Source of the DNA: Cyanobacteriota bacterium
Lineage (GTDB): Bacteria > Cyanobacteriota > Cyanobacteriia > PCC-6307 > Cyanobiaceae
Assembly (NCBI GenBank): GCA_046052125.1
Contig: JBJOMY010000005.1
Location: 1 to 64,000, forward strand
Reading direction: 5' to 3'
Length of the DNA stretch: 64,000 nucleotides
Shown: piece after piece, positions 50,338-60,351 of the stretch
Position numbering within the stretch: the first letter of the stretch is position 1
Layout of the letters: each line of letters begins with the position of its first letter
The notes under the pieces: generated by a model
The model's input: the letters and a program-made list of their open reading frames with translations, nothing else
What the model was told of the DNA's origin: nothing
The model's database searches: none
Translations under genes and position numbers: made by a program

Positions 50338-51080
50338 GCCTGGCGGTGGTGCTGGTGGAGCCCGCGGGCCCACTGAACGTGGGCAGCGTGGCCCGGCTCT
50401 GCGCCAACTTCGAGATTCCCCAGCTCCGTCTGGTGGCACCGCGCTGCGATCATCTGGGCGTCGAAGCCCGCCAGATGGCCGTGCACGGTGAAGCCGTGCT
50501 CGAGCAGGCCCAGCTCTATCCCAACCTCGCCGCCGCCCTGAGTGATTGCCAGCGGGTGGTGGCCACCAGCGGGCGGACGGAAACCGAAAGCTTGCCTCTC
50601 AGCGACCCGGCACCTGCCCTGAGCTGGCTATTGGAGGGAGCCCAGGGGCCCGCCACGGCGGCCCTCGTCTTCGGCCGGGAAGATCGCGGCTTGAGCAATG
50701 GGGAACTGCTGCAGGCCGGCCGGGTCGTGCGGCTCGACACCAGCGAGGCCTACGCCTCCCTCAACCTCTCCCATGCGGTGGCGATCTGCCTGCATGAACT
50801 GCAGAACTGCCGGGCCCAAGCCGATGGCCGTCCCGTGAGGCAGCCCACGCTGAGCGAGAGCACCGGCGATCTGTGCAACCGCGGCGACCTCGAGGCGGCC
50901 CTGGCCGATGCCGAAGCCCTGCTGCTGGACGTGGGGTTCCTTTACCCCCACACCGCCGAAGCGCGCATGGCCAAGCTCAGGGCCCTGCTGCAGCGGGCCC
51001 AGGTGCAGCAGCAGGAGGTGGCGCTGCTGCGCGGGATGGTGCGTCAACTGCGCTGGGCATCCCAGCGGCAGACCCCTTAA
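50334..51080 (+). CDS. TrmJ/LasT family SPOUT RNA methyltransferase
   Basis: VLVEPAGPLNVGSVAR, VFGREDRGL, SLNLSHAV. Confidence 0.92.
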   Translation: MSLAVVLVEPAGPLNVGSVARLCANFEIPQLRLVAPRCDHLGVEARQMAVHGEAVLEQAQLYPNLAAALSDCQRVVATSGRTETESLPLSDPAPALSWLLEGAQGPATAALVFGREDRGLSNGELLQAGRVVRLDTSEAYASLNLSHAVAICLHELQNCRAQADGRPVRQPTLSESTGDLCNRGDLEAALADAEALLLDVGFLYPHTAEARMAKLRALLQRAQVQQQEVALLRGMVRQLRWASQRQTP

Positions 51081-51111
51081 CGTCCGGTCCGTCCGCCAAC
51101 AGCCAGCAGCC

Positions 51112-52215
51112 GTGAGCGCGAGCCGCCCCAACCGCTCCAGCAGTGCCCCGGGCTGGGGGGCACCGCTGCGGCTGGTGCTGCGGCTGGCGGTGATGGGCAT
51201 CGGCCTCGGCGTGATCACCGGCACCGGCCTGAAACTGCTTGCCCCGCAGCTGGCGGGAGGCACCAAGGGTTCAGCGAACAAACAAAGCCCGGCGCTGATC
51301 CCCTCAGCCCAGCCCCTGCCGCGGGGACTGGCTCTGGGGCGCTTCGAGCCCAAAACCGAGCTCACCACCGTGAGCCAGAAGTGGGCCCAGCTAGCGGCCC
51401 GCCACAAGGATCTGCAGGCCAGCGGCTACCTGCTGGTGCTCGACGACGGCCGCTACGCCCAGCTCCAACCGGACAAACCCCTGCCGGCCGCCAGCTCAAT
51501 CAAAACGCCGATCCTTTTGGCCGGCCTTGAGGATCTCGATGCCGGCAAGTTGCGCTGGAACGAGCCGCTTGCGCTCACGAAAGAGGTGATCGGTGGCGGA
51601 GCCGGCTGGATGGCCAGCAAGCCCGTGGGCACCCGCTTTCCCTTTTGGGAGGCGGCCACCGAGATGATCCGGGTGAGCGACAACAGCGCGACCAACCTGT
51701 TGATCAAGCGGCTCGGGGGCAAAACCGCCCTCAACGCCCGCTTCCAGGCCATGGGCCTCAGCGCCACGGTGGTGAATAACTGGTTGCCCGATCTCGATGG
51801 CACCAACACCACCAGCTCCCTGGATCTGGCACGCGCCATCGCCCTGGTGGACACCGGCGAAATGCTCAGCCCCCGCGCCCGCGACCTGTTCCGCGAGGTC
51901 ATGGGCACCTCCCGCACCAACACCCTGCTGCCCCTGGGCCTGCTGATGGGCCTCGGCGGCGATTCCGCCACCCCCGACAGCGACCTGCTGGCCCATGGGG
52001 TCACCGTGCTCAACAAAACCGGCGACATCGGCATCGCCTACGCCGATGGCGGACTGATCGAGCTGCCCAACGGGCAACGGGCCGTGGCCGCGTTCATGGT
52101 CAAAGGCCCCTTCAACGACCAACGCTCCACCGATCTGATCCGTGCCATGGCCGCTGAAGTGGCCCGTGCGCTGATTGGCAAGCCGGGCGGAGCTGGCCCC
52201 GCTGCAACCCGATGA
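51112..52215 (+). CDS. Class A beta-lactamase-like serine hydrolase (PBP-A type)
   Basis: SxxK (ASSIK), SDN, KTG; N-terminal TM segment. Confidence 0.9.
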   Translation: MSASRPNRSSSAPGWGAPLRLVLRLAVMGIGLGVITGTGLKLLAPQLAGGTKGSANKQSPALIPSAQPLPRGLALGRFEPKTELTTVSQKWAQLAARHKDLQASGYLLVLDDGRYAQLQPDKPLPAASSIKTPILLAGLEDLDAGKLRWNEPLALTKEVIGGGAGWMASKPVGTRFPFWEAATEMIRVSDNSATNLLIKRLGGKTALNARFQAMGLSATVVNNWLPDLDGTNTTSSLDLARAIALVDTGEMLSPRARDLFREVMGTSRTNTLLPLGLLMGLGGDSATPDSDLLAHGVTVLNKTGDIGIAYADGGLIELPNGQRAVAAFMVKGPFNDQRSTDLIRAMAAEVARALIGKPGGAGPAATR

Positions 52216-53582
52216 TGCTGCCCCTGCTGCTTGCGGCTACCCCAGCTCCAGCCACGCCGCCCGCGCCGGCGCCGATCCTGCGCCCCCAGACCGTGGCACC
52301 ACTGCCTGGCGGCTTGGATGCGGGGCTGGTGGTGAATGACAACAACCCCGAACTGATCACAGGCCCCGGGATCCTGCTCTCCACCTTCCCCGGCGCCAAG
52401 CGGCCGGTGCCGCAGGCCCACCTCGATGTGGCGCTCAACGGCCGCTTCGACCTGTTCAGCCACCACGTGTATGCCGGCAAGCCCGACAGCCTCGATTCCA
52501 CCCTCTGGCTGGCGGTGGTGGCGCAACCCCGCGGCAACCAACCGGTGACGCTGCAGCTGCTGGCGGGATCCACAGCGCTCTCCCAGGCTGTCGACAAGCT
52601 GCAACCCCAGGCCCCTTTCCTGCCCCTGCCAGCCTTAATGCCCCAGGACGGGCAGACCTACAGCGGCCCCGGCAGTCGCGTGGCCACCGAGCTGCTGAAC
52701 CGTGAGCGCAGCACGCTGTTGCCCGAACGCTGGACTCTCACTCCCGGCGAGCCCACCACCTTGATGGTGCTGCCCCTGCCGGTGCGGGGACTCGACCCTC
52801 TGCTCAATGGGCGCAACCTGCAACTGCGGCTGCAGAGCAGCGCTCCGGTGAGTCTGGCCACCCTGGCGGCCTTCGGCGATGGCGATCAGCCGCCAGCGGC
52901 CAGTCGCTGGGCGGCGCTGCTCGATGGAGCCCTGAGCCCGAAAGAGCACCAACCCACCCCCCGCGGCGCCAGCGGCCGCATGGTGTATTCCCGCGTCAGC
53001 GGCGTGCAGATCGGCAGCGTCTGGAACGCCACGATCACCGATCCGGGCAAGCCCTACCTAGCCACCAGCCGCGCCCCGATCTCCTGGCCGATTGCCTCCC
53101 TGGAGCGCGGCAGCCTCGGCACCGCTCAGGTGCAAACGGCTGAGCTCAAAGCCTTCTACCCCGGCACCGCCTGGGCCGCCCACGGCAACTACGGCGTGGA
53201 ATACAACCTGGCGATCCCGCTGCGCAACACCAGCAGCAAGCCGGTGCAATTGGAGCTGGCCTTCGAATCACCGCTGAAGAGCGATCAGGCCCAAGGCGGC
53301 CTGCGCTTCAATCCCGAGCCCGGCAAATCGGTGATGTTCCGCGGCACGGTGGAGGCCAGCGGGCTTGATGGTGAGAACGGCGCAAGCGCCGGCCGCCGCA
53401 GTTTCCACCTCGTGCAGCGGGTGGGGCAGCAGGGTCCGGCGCTGGGCACCGTGAGCCTGGCGCCCGGCGCGAGCCGCAATCTGCGGGTGCGGCTGATCTA
53501 CCCGGCCGATGCCACACCGCCGCAGGTGCTCAGCCTGCTGCCTGTGAAACAATCCCCCGAACAGACCGCTTCCCCTCACTGA
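52212..53582 (+). CDS. DUF3370 family exported protein
   Basis: NNPE...GILLSTFP, FDLFSHH, YSRVSGV, AHGNYGVEY, YPADATPPQVL. Confidence 0.85.
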   Translation: MMLPLLLAATPAPATPPAPAPILRPQTVAPLPGGLDAGLVVNDNNPELITGPGILLSTFPGAKRPVPQAHLDVALNGRFDLFSHHVYAGKPDSLDSTLWLAVVAQPRGNQPVTLQLLAGSTALSQAVDKLQPQAPFLPLPALMPQDGQTYSGPGSRVATELLNRERSTLLPERWTLTPGEPTTLMVLPLPVRGLDPLLNGRNLQLRLQSSAPVSLATLAAFGDGDQPPAASRWAALLDGALSPKEHQPTPRGASGRMVYSRVSGVQIGSVWNATITDPGKPYLATSRAPISWPIASLERGSLGTAQVQTAELKAFYPGTAWAAHGNYGVEYNLAIPLRNTSSKPVQLELAFESPLKSDQAQGGLRFNPEPGKSVMFRGTVEASGLDGENGASAGRRSFHLVQRVGQQGPALGTVSLAPGASRNLRVRLIYPADATPPQVLSLLPVKQSPEQTASPH

Positions 53583-54667
53583 TGCAAGCCCGCAAGCGCA
53601 GGGTCTTTCCCTTCACCGCCATCGTGGGCCAGGAGGAGATGAAGCTCGCCCTGCTGCTGAACGTGATCGATCCCCGCATCGGCGGCGTGATGATCATGGG
53701 CGACCGCGGCACCGGCAAGAGCACCACGATCCGCGCCCTGGCCGATCTGTTGCCGGAGATCGATGTGGTGGCAGGCGACCCCTACAACAGCTCCCCCAGC
53801 GACCCCGACCTGCAGAGCAGCGAAGTGCGTCAGCGGGCTGAGCACGGCGAACAGCTGCCGATCGAGCAGCGCCAGGTGCCGATGGTGGACCTGCCTCTGG
53901 GCGCCACCGAAGACCGTCTCTGCGGCACCATCGACATTGAGAAGGCCCTGAGCGAGGGTGTTCGGGCGTTTGAGCCTGGCCTGCTGGCCAAAGCCAACCG
54001 CGGCCTGCTCTACGTGGATGAGGTGAACCTCCTCGACGACCACCTGGTGGACGTGCTGCTGGATTCGGCCGCCTCCGGCTGGAACACCGTGGAGCGTGAA
54101 GGCGTGAGCGTGCGCCACCCGGCGCGCTTCGTGCTGATCGGCTCCGGCAACCCGGAAGAAGGTGAGCTGCGCCCGCAGCTGCTCGATCGCTTCGGCATGA
54201 GCGTGGAAGTGCGCACCGTGCGCGATCCCGAGCTGCGCGTGCAGGTGGTGGATCAGCGCACCGCCTTCGACAACGATCCCGACGGCTTCAACAACGCCGT
54301 GCAAACCACCCAGGACGGGCTTCAGGCACGGGTGGTGGAAGCCCAGAACCGCCTGCCCCATGTGCAGATCGACGACGACCTGCGCATCCGCATCTCCGCC
54401 ATCTGCGGTGAGCTGGATGTGGACGGCCTCCGCGGCGACATCGTGACCAACCGCGCTGCCCGCGCCCTGGCCGCCTTCGAAGGCCGCACCGAGGTGACCG
54501 AAGACGACGTGGCCCGCGTGGCCGCCTGCTGCCTGCGCCACCGCCTCCGCAAGGACCCCCTCGAGCAGATCGATTCGGGCGACAGGGTGGTGAAGGTGTT
54601 CTGCAAGGTGTTCGAGCGCCCCGAATCCGCCGATCGCGGCGCCTTCGAACTCGCCCTGGCGGCCTGA
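53582..54667 (+). CDS. chlI: Magnesium chelatase ATPase subunit I
   Basis: FPFTAIVGQEEMK, GDRGTGKST, LYVDEVNLL, NPEEGELRPQLLDRFG. Confidence 0.98.
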   Translation: MQARKRRVFPFTAIVGQEEMKLALLLNVIDPRIGGVMIMGDRGTGKSTTIRALADLLPEIDVVAGDPYNSSPSDPDLQSSEVRQRAEHGEQLPIEQRQVPMVDLPLGATEDRLCGTIDIEKALSEGVRAFEPGLLAKANRGLLYVDEVNLLDDHLVDVLLDSAASGWNTVEREGVSVRHPARFVLIGSGNPEEGELRPQLLDRFGMSVEVRTVRDPELRVQVVDQRTAFDNDPDGFNNAVQTTQDGLQARVVEAQNRLPHVQIDDDLRIRISAICGELDVDGLRGDIVTNRAARALAAFEGRTEVTEDDVARVAACCLRHRLRKDPLEQIDSGDRVVKVFCKVFERPESADRGAFELALAA

Positions 54668-54685
54668 CCTGGAGGCCGAGGCCCG

Positions 54686-55162
54686 ATGGTGATCCTCGGC
54701 CTCGACCCCGGCCTGGCCCGGGTGGGCTATGGCCTGATCGCAGTGGACGGCAAGCCCGGACGCGGCAGCCAGCAACTGCTGGATTGCGGCATCATCCGCA
54801 CCGACCCCGGCCGTAGCGAGGGAGAGCGGATGGTGGAGATCGCCCGCGACCTGCGCCAGCTAATCCGCGCCTGGAAACCAGAGCTGGCGGTGGTGGAGAA
54901 GTTTTTCTTCTACCGCTCCAGCACCACCATCTCCGTGGTGCAAGCCCGCGGCGTGCTGATGATGACCCTGGCGCGCTTCCAGATCCCGGTGGTGGAGTTC
55001 CCGCCGATGCAGATCAAGCTGGCCCTTGCCGGCCACGGCCACGCCGAGAAGGACGACGTGCTGGCAGCGGTGATGCGTGAGCTCAACCTCGACACGCCGC
55101 CCCGTCCGGACGACGCCGCCGACGCCCTGGCTGCCGCCCTCACCGGCTGGTTCCAGCGGTGA
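54686..55162 (+). CDS. ruvC: Holliday junction resolvase
   Basis: [27 protein letters not shown]. Confidence 0.96.
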   Translation: MVILGLDPGLARVGYGLIAVDGKPGRGSQQLLDCGIIRTDPGRSEGERMVEIARDLRQLIRAWKPELAVVEKFFFYRSSTTISVVQARGVLMMTLARFQIPVVEFPPMQIKLALAGHGHAEKDDVLAAVMRELNLDTPPRPDDAADALAAALTGWFQR

Positions 55163-55716
55163 CCAGCAAGGCTGAGTTACGCCAGCAGTTCCGCAGCCTG
55201 CGCCGTCGCTTGCTACCCGCGGCTGAAGCGGAGCTGCAACGCCAGGCCAACGCGGTGCCATCACTACTGGGGGCTGAGCAGCGCCTCGGGCTCTACTGGC
55301 CCCTCAAAGGTGAGGCCGACCTGCGCGGCCTGGCGGATCAGCCCGGCCTCCATCAGCGCCTTGCCCTGCCGCGGGTGGAGGCCGGTGCCCTCACCTACCG
55401 GAGCTGGCAGCCAGGCGATGCGCTTAGCCCAGACGACACCGGGATCCAGGCCCCCGCCATAGGAGCAGCCCTGCAGCCTCAGGAGCTTGGCCTGCTGCTG
55501 GCCCCGGCCTTGGCCTTCGATGCCAGCGGCATTCGCCTGGGCTACGGCGGCGGCTGGTTTGATCGGCTGCGCAGCGATCCCTCCTGGCGAAACGTGCTCG
55601 CTTTGGCGGTGTTGCCGGCGGGGTGCCTTGTGCCCGCCTTACCCAGCGACCGGTGGGATGTGCCTTTCAACGGCTGGTTGGATGAACAGGGCCTGCATTG
55701 GTTGCAAGCTGTTTAA
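55159..55716 (+). CDS. 5-formyltetrahydrofolate cyclo-ligase
   Basis: [29 protein letters not shown]. Confidence 0.93.
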   Translation: MTSKAELRQQFRSLRRRLLPAAEAELQRQANAVPSLLGAEQRLGLYWPLKGEADLRGLADQPGLHQRLALPRVEAGALTYRSWQPGDALSPDDTGIQAPAIGAALQPQELGLLLAPALAFDASGIRLGYGGGWFDRLRSDPSWRNVLALAVLPAGCLVPALPSDRWDVPFNGWLDEQGLHWLQAV

Positions 55717-55783
55717 ACCTGTTCGCCGCCATCGCGGCGCTTCGCAGGCTTTGGCAGGATCACTGCAGGCAAAGACCTCTTCT

Positions 55784-56041
55784 GTGGATCTCCAGGCCAA
55801 CGACGCGTTCCAATCGGCCATCAACGCGAGCCGCAAAGCCACTGACCCGGCCATGGGAGATGGAGCACGCCGCGGCCCCAGCATCCGCATCAACCGGGGC
55901 ACGGCAGCCGAGCAGGTCCTGGCTGCAGAGCTCAACGGCCGCCAGGACAGCGGCGACGCGCTCTCGATGATGGTGAGCTCGATGGTGCACATGGTGCAGG
56001 CCGGCAAAACCCGAAGCACCAGCAGCCGCTGGTCGGCCTGA
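55784..56041 (+). CDS. Small hypothetical protein
   Basis: Fills the gap between co-oriented genes; DALSMMVSSMVHMVQAG; start GTG 55784 or ATG 55853. Confidence 0.55.
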   Translation: MDLQANDAFQSAINASRKATDPAMGDGARRGPSIRINRGTAAEQVLAAELNGRQDSGDALSMMVSSMVHMVQAGKTRSTSSRWSA

Positions 56042-56089
56042 GCCAGCCGCGCTTAGCTGATCACCGTCTCCGATCGCCAGCCACCCGCG

Positions 56090-56548
56090 ATGGCCCTGCC
56101 GTTGTCCAACTCCCTTCGCGCCCTGGCGCTGGCGATCCTGCTGAGCCCCGCAGCAGCCCAAGCTCATGGCATTGAAAGCAGCCTCACCCGCCTGCAGAGC
56201 CTGAGCGACGGCCTGATGCTGCAGAGCCAGTTCTCCAACGGCCTCCCCACCAGCGATGCCGTTGTGCGTCTGGTGGCACCCGATGGCCAAGCGGTGGAGT
56301 TGGGCCGGACCAACGCCGAGGGGCAGTTGAGCTTTGCGCTCCCCAAACAAGCCAATGGCGATTGGGAGCTGCAGGTGGATGGAGGTCCCGGACACCGCGA
56401 CTATCTGGAGATGCCGGTGCAGCAGGGCCAGGCCCAGCTGGATCGCATCAGCCAAGGCCCGCTGCAGCACAACCCGCTCGCCTGGCTCAGCGCCCTTGGA
56501 GCAACTGCCATGCTGCTGGGACTCCAGCGCATTCGGCGTCACCGTTGA
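56090..56548 (+). CDS. Exported, C-terminally anchored protein resembling Ni/Co transporter accessory subunits
   Basis: Signal peptide ending AQA-H, GRTNAEGQLSF, GPGH, C-terminal TM + basic tail. Confidence 0.55.
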   Translation: MALPLSNSLRALALAILLSPAAAQAHGIESSLTRLQSLSDGLMLQSQFSNGLPTSDAVVRLVAPDGQAVELGRTNAEGQLSFALPKQANGDWELQVDGGPGHRDYLEMPVQQGQAQLDRISQGPLQHNPLAWLSALGATAMLLGLQRIRRHR

Positions 56549-56964
56549 TGGCCACCGGCAGCGAGAAGCTCGATCAGATCGTTGAACGCCTCAAAGGCAC
56601 CGCCGATCCCAAGCGGCGTTACGAATACGTGCTCTGGCTGGCCAAGAAGCTGCAGCCCCTGCCAGAGGAATTCCGCAACGACGCCTTCAAGGTGAAGGGC
56701 TGCGTGTCGCAGGTGTACGTGGTGGGGCAGCTGATGGAGGGAAAGCTGCACTGGCAAGGCGATTCCGATGCAGCGATCACGAAGGGATTGCTGGCCCTGC
56801 TGATCGAGGGGTTGGAAGGGCTCGAGCCCGCAGCGGCGGCGGCGATCGACCCGGCGTTTCTGAGTGAAACAGGCCTCCAGGCCAGCCTCACCCCCTCGCG
56901 GGCCAATGGCTTTTTGAACATCCTCAAGCAGATGCAGGCGCAGGCGCAGGCTCTGGCCGGCTAG
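56548..56964 (+). CDS. sufE: Fe-S cluster sulfur acceptor SufE
   Basis: KVKGCVSQV, GDSDAAITKGL, LTPSRANGF. Confidence 0.95.
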   Translation: MATGSEKLDQIVERLKGTADPKRRYEYVLWLAKKLQPLPEEFRNDAFKVKGCVSQVYVVGQLMEGKLHWQGDSDAAITKGLLALLIEGLEGLEPAAAAAIDPAFLSETGLQASLTPSRANGFLNILKQMQAQAQALAG

Positions 56965-57026
56965 TCACTGCAGCGGCCAAGCGCGCCATCAATTTCTAGG
57001 ATCTGCCCTTTCGCGCACAGGGCGGC

Positions 57027-58337
57027 ATGACCATCGGCATCGGCTTGCTCGGGCTTGGCACGGTGGGAGCAGGCGTTGCCGAGATCCTGCTCAACCCCCA
57101 GGGCCGCCATCCGCTCGTGGGGCAACTCAACCTCAAGCGTGTGGCCGTGCGCGATCTCAGCCGGCCAAGACCGGTGGATCTGCCGGCTGAGATCCTCTGC
57201 ACCGACCCCATGGCGGTGGTTCACGACCCGGCCGTGGACATCGTGGTGGAGGTGATGGGCGGCCTGGAGCCGGCCCGCAGCCTGATCCTCGCGGCCATCG
57301 CCGCAGGCAAGCCAGTGGTGACAGCCAACAAGGCGGTGATTGCCCGCTACGGCGAGGAGATCGCCACGGCCGCCGCAGAACAGGGCGTGTATGTGCTGAT
57401 CGAAGCAGCCGTGGGCGGCGGCATCCCGATCATCGAACCGCTGAAGCAATCGCTGGGCGGCAATCGCATCCAGCGGGTGAGCGGCATCATCAACGGCACC
57501 ACCAACTACATCCTCAGCCGGATGGCGGATGAGGGCGCCGCCTACGGCGACGTGCTGGCCGATGCGCAGCGACTGGGCTATGCCGAGGCCGACCCGGCCG
57601 CCGATGTGGAAGGCGGTGATGCAGCCGACAAGATCGCAATCCTCTCCGGCCTGGCCTACGGCGGCTCCATCGAGCGCTCTGCCATTCCCACCGAGGGGAT
57701 CAACCGCCTGGACGCCTGCGATGTGAACTACGCAGCCCAGCTCGGCTACGTGGTGAAGCTGGTGGCCACCGCCCAGTGCCTCGGCACCGACACCGACGGC
57801 ACAGTGCAGCTGGATGTGCGCGTGAGCCCAACCCTGCTCCCCAAGGAGCATCCGCTGGCGGGCGTGCACGGCGTGAACAACGCCATTCTCGTGGAGGGCG
57901 ACCCGGTGGGCCGGGTGATGTTCTACGGCCCGGGCGCTGGCGCTGGACCCACAGCCTCGGCCGTGGTGGCCGACATCCTCAACATCGCCGGCATCCGGGA
58001 AGCCACGGGATCGGGTGGCGGCCTGGATCCGCTGCTGGCCGCCAGCCGCTGGCGCCCCTGCCGGCTGGTGGATCAGGGGCAAACCCTGAGCCGCAACTAC
58101 CTGCGCCTGCAAACCGGCGATCAAGCCGGCGTGATCGGCCGCATCGGCAGTTGCTTTGGGGATGCAGGCGTCTCGATCCGCTCGATCGTGCAGTTCGAAA
58201 CCAGCGGTGATTCCGCCGATGCAGAAATCGTGGTGATCACCCATGAGGTGCAGGAGGCCAACTTCCGCAGCGCCGTAGCCGCGATCACGGCCCTACCTGA
58301 TGTGAAGGCCGTGGCCGCCTGCCTGCGCACGCTCTGA
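57027..58337 (+). CDS. hom: Homoserine dehydrogenase with ACT domain
   Basis: GLGTVG, VTANKA, EAAVGGGIP, NGTTNYIL, GYAEADP, GAGAGPTASAV. Confidence 0.97.
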   Translation: MTIGIGLLGLGTVGAGVAEILLNPQGRHPLVGQLNLKRVAVRDLSRPRPVDLPAEILCTDPMAVVHDPAVDIVVEVMGGLEPARSLILAAIAAGKPVVTANKAVIARYGEEIATAAAEQGVYVLIEAAVGGGIPIIEPLKQSLGGNRIQRVSGIINGTTNYILSRMADEGAAYGDVLADAQRLGYAEADPAADVEGGDAADKIAILSGLAYGGSIERSAIPTEGINRLDACDVNYAAQLGYVVKLVATAQCLGTDTDGTVQLDVRVSPTLLPKEHPLAGVHGVNNAILVEGDPVGRVMFYGPGAGAGPTASAVVADILNIAGIREATGSGGGLDPLLAASRWRPCRLVDQGQTLSRNYLRLQTGDQAGVIGRIGSCFGDAGVSIRSIVQFETSGDSADAEIVVITHEVQEANFRSAVAAITALPDVKAVAACLRTL

Positions 58338-58547
58338 GCCGGCGCTGAGGCAGATTGGACACAAAGCGAGAACGAGCATCACAACCTGTCCGATCTGAAT
58401 CTGCTGACGCAGCGCTTGATTTGTAGCGAGAAGAACCTTTGATCCGGCCACAGCAGAGAACGCTGATACCGACTTCCTTTCCCTGGTTCCGTCTGCCGAA
58501 GTCCCCTTCATCCCTCACAACTCTTCGTTCTGTCTGAGCACCGAACC

Positions 58548-58751
58548 ATGTCTCTTCACCAGGGTGATTGCATCACCCTCACCAGCGACGAGAACCTGTA
58601 TCAGGTGATCGGCGTTGACGACCGCCACAACCGCTGCTGGGTGCGCCGCTGGCCCCTGGCCCGCCACGGTTCACCGGTGTTTGAAATTTCCCTGCAGCAA
58701 GTGGCCAGCCACAAGCACCATCACGCACCTCGCCTTGTGCATGGGGCTTGA
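58548..58751 (+). CDS. Small hypothetical protein
   Basis: 67 aa, ATG, YQVIGVDDRHNRCWVRRWPL. Confidence 0.7.
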   Translation: MSLHQGDCITLTSDENLYQVIGVDDRHNRCWVRRWPLARHGSPVFEISLQQVASHKHHHAPRLVHGA

Positions 58752-58761
58752 ATAAGCGGGC

Positions 58762-60351
58762 TTGCCCGTTGCCTTGACCCTCCGCCGCCTCCTCGTTCCT
58801 TCAGCCCTGGCGGCGCTGGTGCCAGCTCTGGCACTGCTCACGGGCTGCCAGCCCCGTCATCCAGCCAGTGAGCTGGTGGTGGCCACCAACAGCACGGTGG
58901 CCTCGGTGGATCCGGTGGATGTCACCACCCTCGCGGGCATGCAGCTGCTGAGCGCGATCGGCGATCCCCTCTACGCCGCCGATGCCGAAGGCCAGCTGCA
59001 GCCGCGCCTCGCGACGGCGCTACCGAAGCTGAGTGCCAATGGCCTCACGGCGCGCATTCCTCTGCGGCGGGGCGTGCTGTTTCACGACGGCACCCGCTTC
59101 GACGCCAGGGCGATGGTGTTCAGTCTCGAGCGCTTCCGCGCCCTCGGGAAGATGGGCTATCTGCTCGACGACCGCATCGCGGCTGTGCGAGCGAGCGGCC
59201 CCTACGAATTGGAGCTGCAGCTGAAGCGGCCCTACAGCGCCCTGGCGGCTCTGCTCAGCTCGATCAACCTCACGCCGCTCTCGCCCAGGGCCTATCGCCA
59301 GCACCAGGGGCGTGCCCTGGCGGAGCGCTTCGTGGGCACAGGCCCCTACCGGCTGGCCAGCAAAACCCCCCAGAAGCAAACGCTGCTTCCCTTTCAGAAC
59401 TACTGGGGCCCAGCCCCACGCAACCAGGGCATCCACCTGGTGAGCCTCAGCAACTCCACGGCCCTGTTCGGAGCGCTGGTGAGTGGTGAGGTGGATGTGC
59501 TGGTGTCGCAAGGGATTGAGAGCGATCAGCAACGAGCCCTGGCCCAACGGGCCGGCCGCGGCCAACTGGTGGAAGCGATCGGCCCGGCGGTGGAAATCGG
59601 CTATCTCACGCTGCTCAGCAACCGGCCGCCGCTGGATCAACCGCTGCTGCGGCAGGCCATCGCCCTGAGCCTGAACCGCGCGCTGATCAGCGAACGGGTG
59701 AGTTACGGGATCCGGGCACCGCTGCGTTCGCTGGTGCCGCCGCCCCTGGCGGGTTCAGAGCCTCCTGCCTGGCCCAGCTACAACCCAACCCAGGCCCGGC
59801 AACTATTTCGCCAGGCGGGCTACTGCCAGGGGCGGCGCCTGAGCCTGCCCCTCACCTTCCGGTCCAACGTGCCCGCCGACAAGCTCTTCGCGCTCACATG
59901 GAAGGCCCAACTGGAACGGGATCTGGGGGATTGCCTGCAGCTGGAGATCAGCGGCATGGAATCCACCACCGCCTACCGGCAACTGGAGCAGGGCGCCTTC
60001 CCGATGATCCTGCTCGATTGGGTGGGCGACTATCCCGATCCCGACATCTATGTGGTGCCGATGCTGGGCTGCAGCTCTTCCCGGGGCAACCAGTGCCTGG
60101 AGGGCAACGCCGCCGCGGCCGGCAGCTTCTGGAGCAGCCCAGGGCTGGAGGCGCAGCTGCAGGCCAGCGAGCGATTGCAGGGGCGTGAACGCCAAACAGT
60201 GCTGCAAACGATCCAACGCCGCACGGCCGCCGGTGCCGCTTATATCCCGGTGTGGCAGGTGGCGCCGCGGGCCTGGGCCCAGGCGCGGCTGAACAAACCG
60301 GTGTTTGATGGCACGGGCCGACTTGTGCTGCAGGCCCTGAGCGTCCGATGA
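58762..60351 (+). CDS. Peptide/nickel ABC transporter substrate-binding lipoprotein (family 5)
   Basis: Lipobox LTGC, LRRGVLFHDGT, VGTGPY, WVGDYPDPD. Confidence 0.92.
   Translation: MPVALTLRRLLVPSALAALVPALALLTGCQPRHPASELVVATNSTVASVDPVDVTTLAGMQLLSAIGDPLYAADAEGQLQPRLATALPKLSANGLTARIPLRRGVLFHDGTRFDARAMVFSLERFRALGKMGYLLDDRIAAVRASGPYELELQLKRPYSALAALLSSINLTPLSPRAYRQHQGRALAERFVGTGPYRLASKTPQKQTLLPFQNYWGPAPRNQGIHLVSLSNSTALFGALVSGEVDVLVSQGIESDQQRALAQRAGRGQLVEAIGPAVEIGYLTLLSNRPPLDQPLLRQAIALSLNRALISERVSYGIRAPLRSLVPPPLAGSEPPAWPSYNPTQARQLFRQAGYCQGRRLSLPLTFRSNVPADKLFALTWKAQLERDLGDCLQLEISGMESTTAYRQLEQGAFPMILLDWVGDYPDPDIYVVPMLGCSSSRGNQCLEGNAAAAGSFWSSPGLEAQLQASERLQGRERQTVLQTIQRRTAAGAAYIPVWQVAPRAWAQARLNKPVFDGTGRLVLQALSVR

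Noticed and set aside
58423..58436. GTA-N8-AAC, NtcA-like site
   Set aside because: Imperfect palindrome with no suitably spaced TAN3T box.
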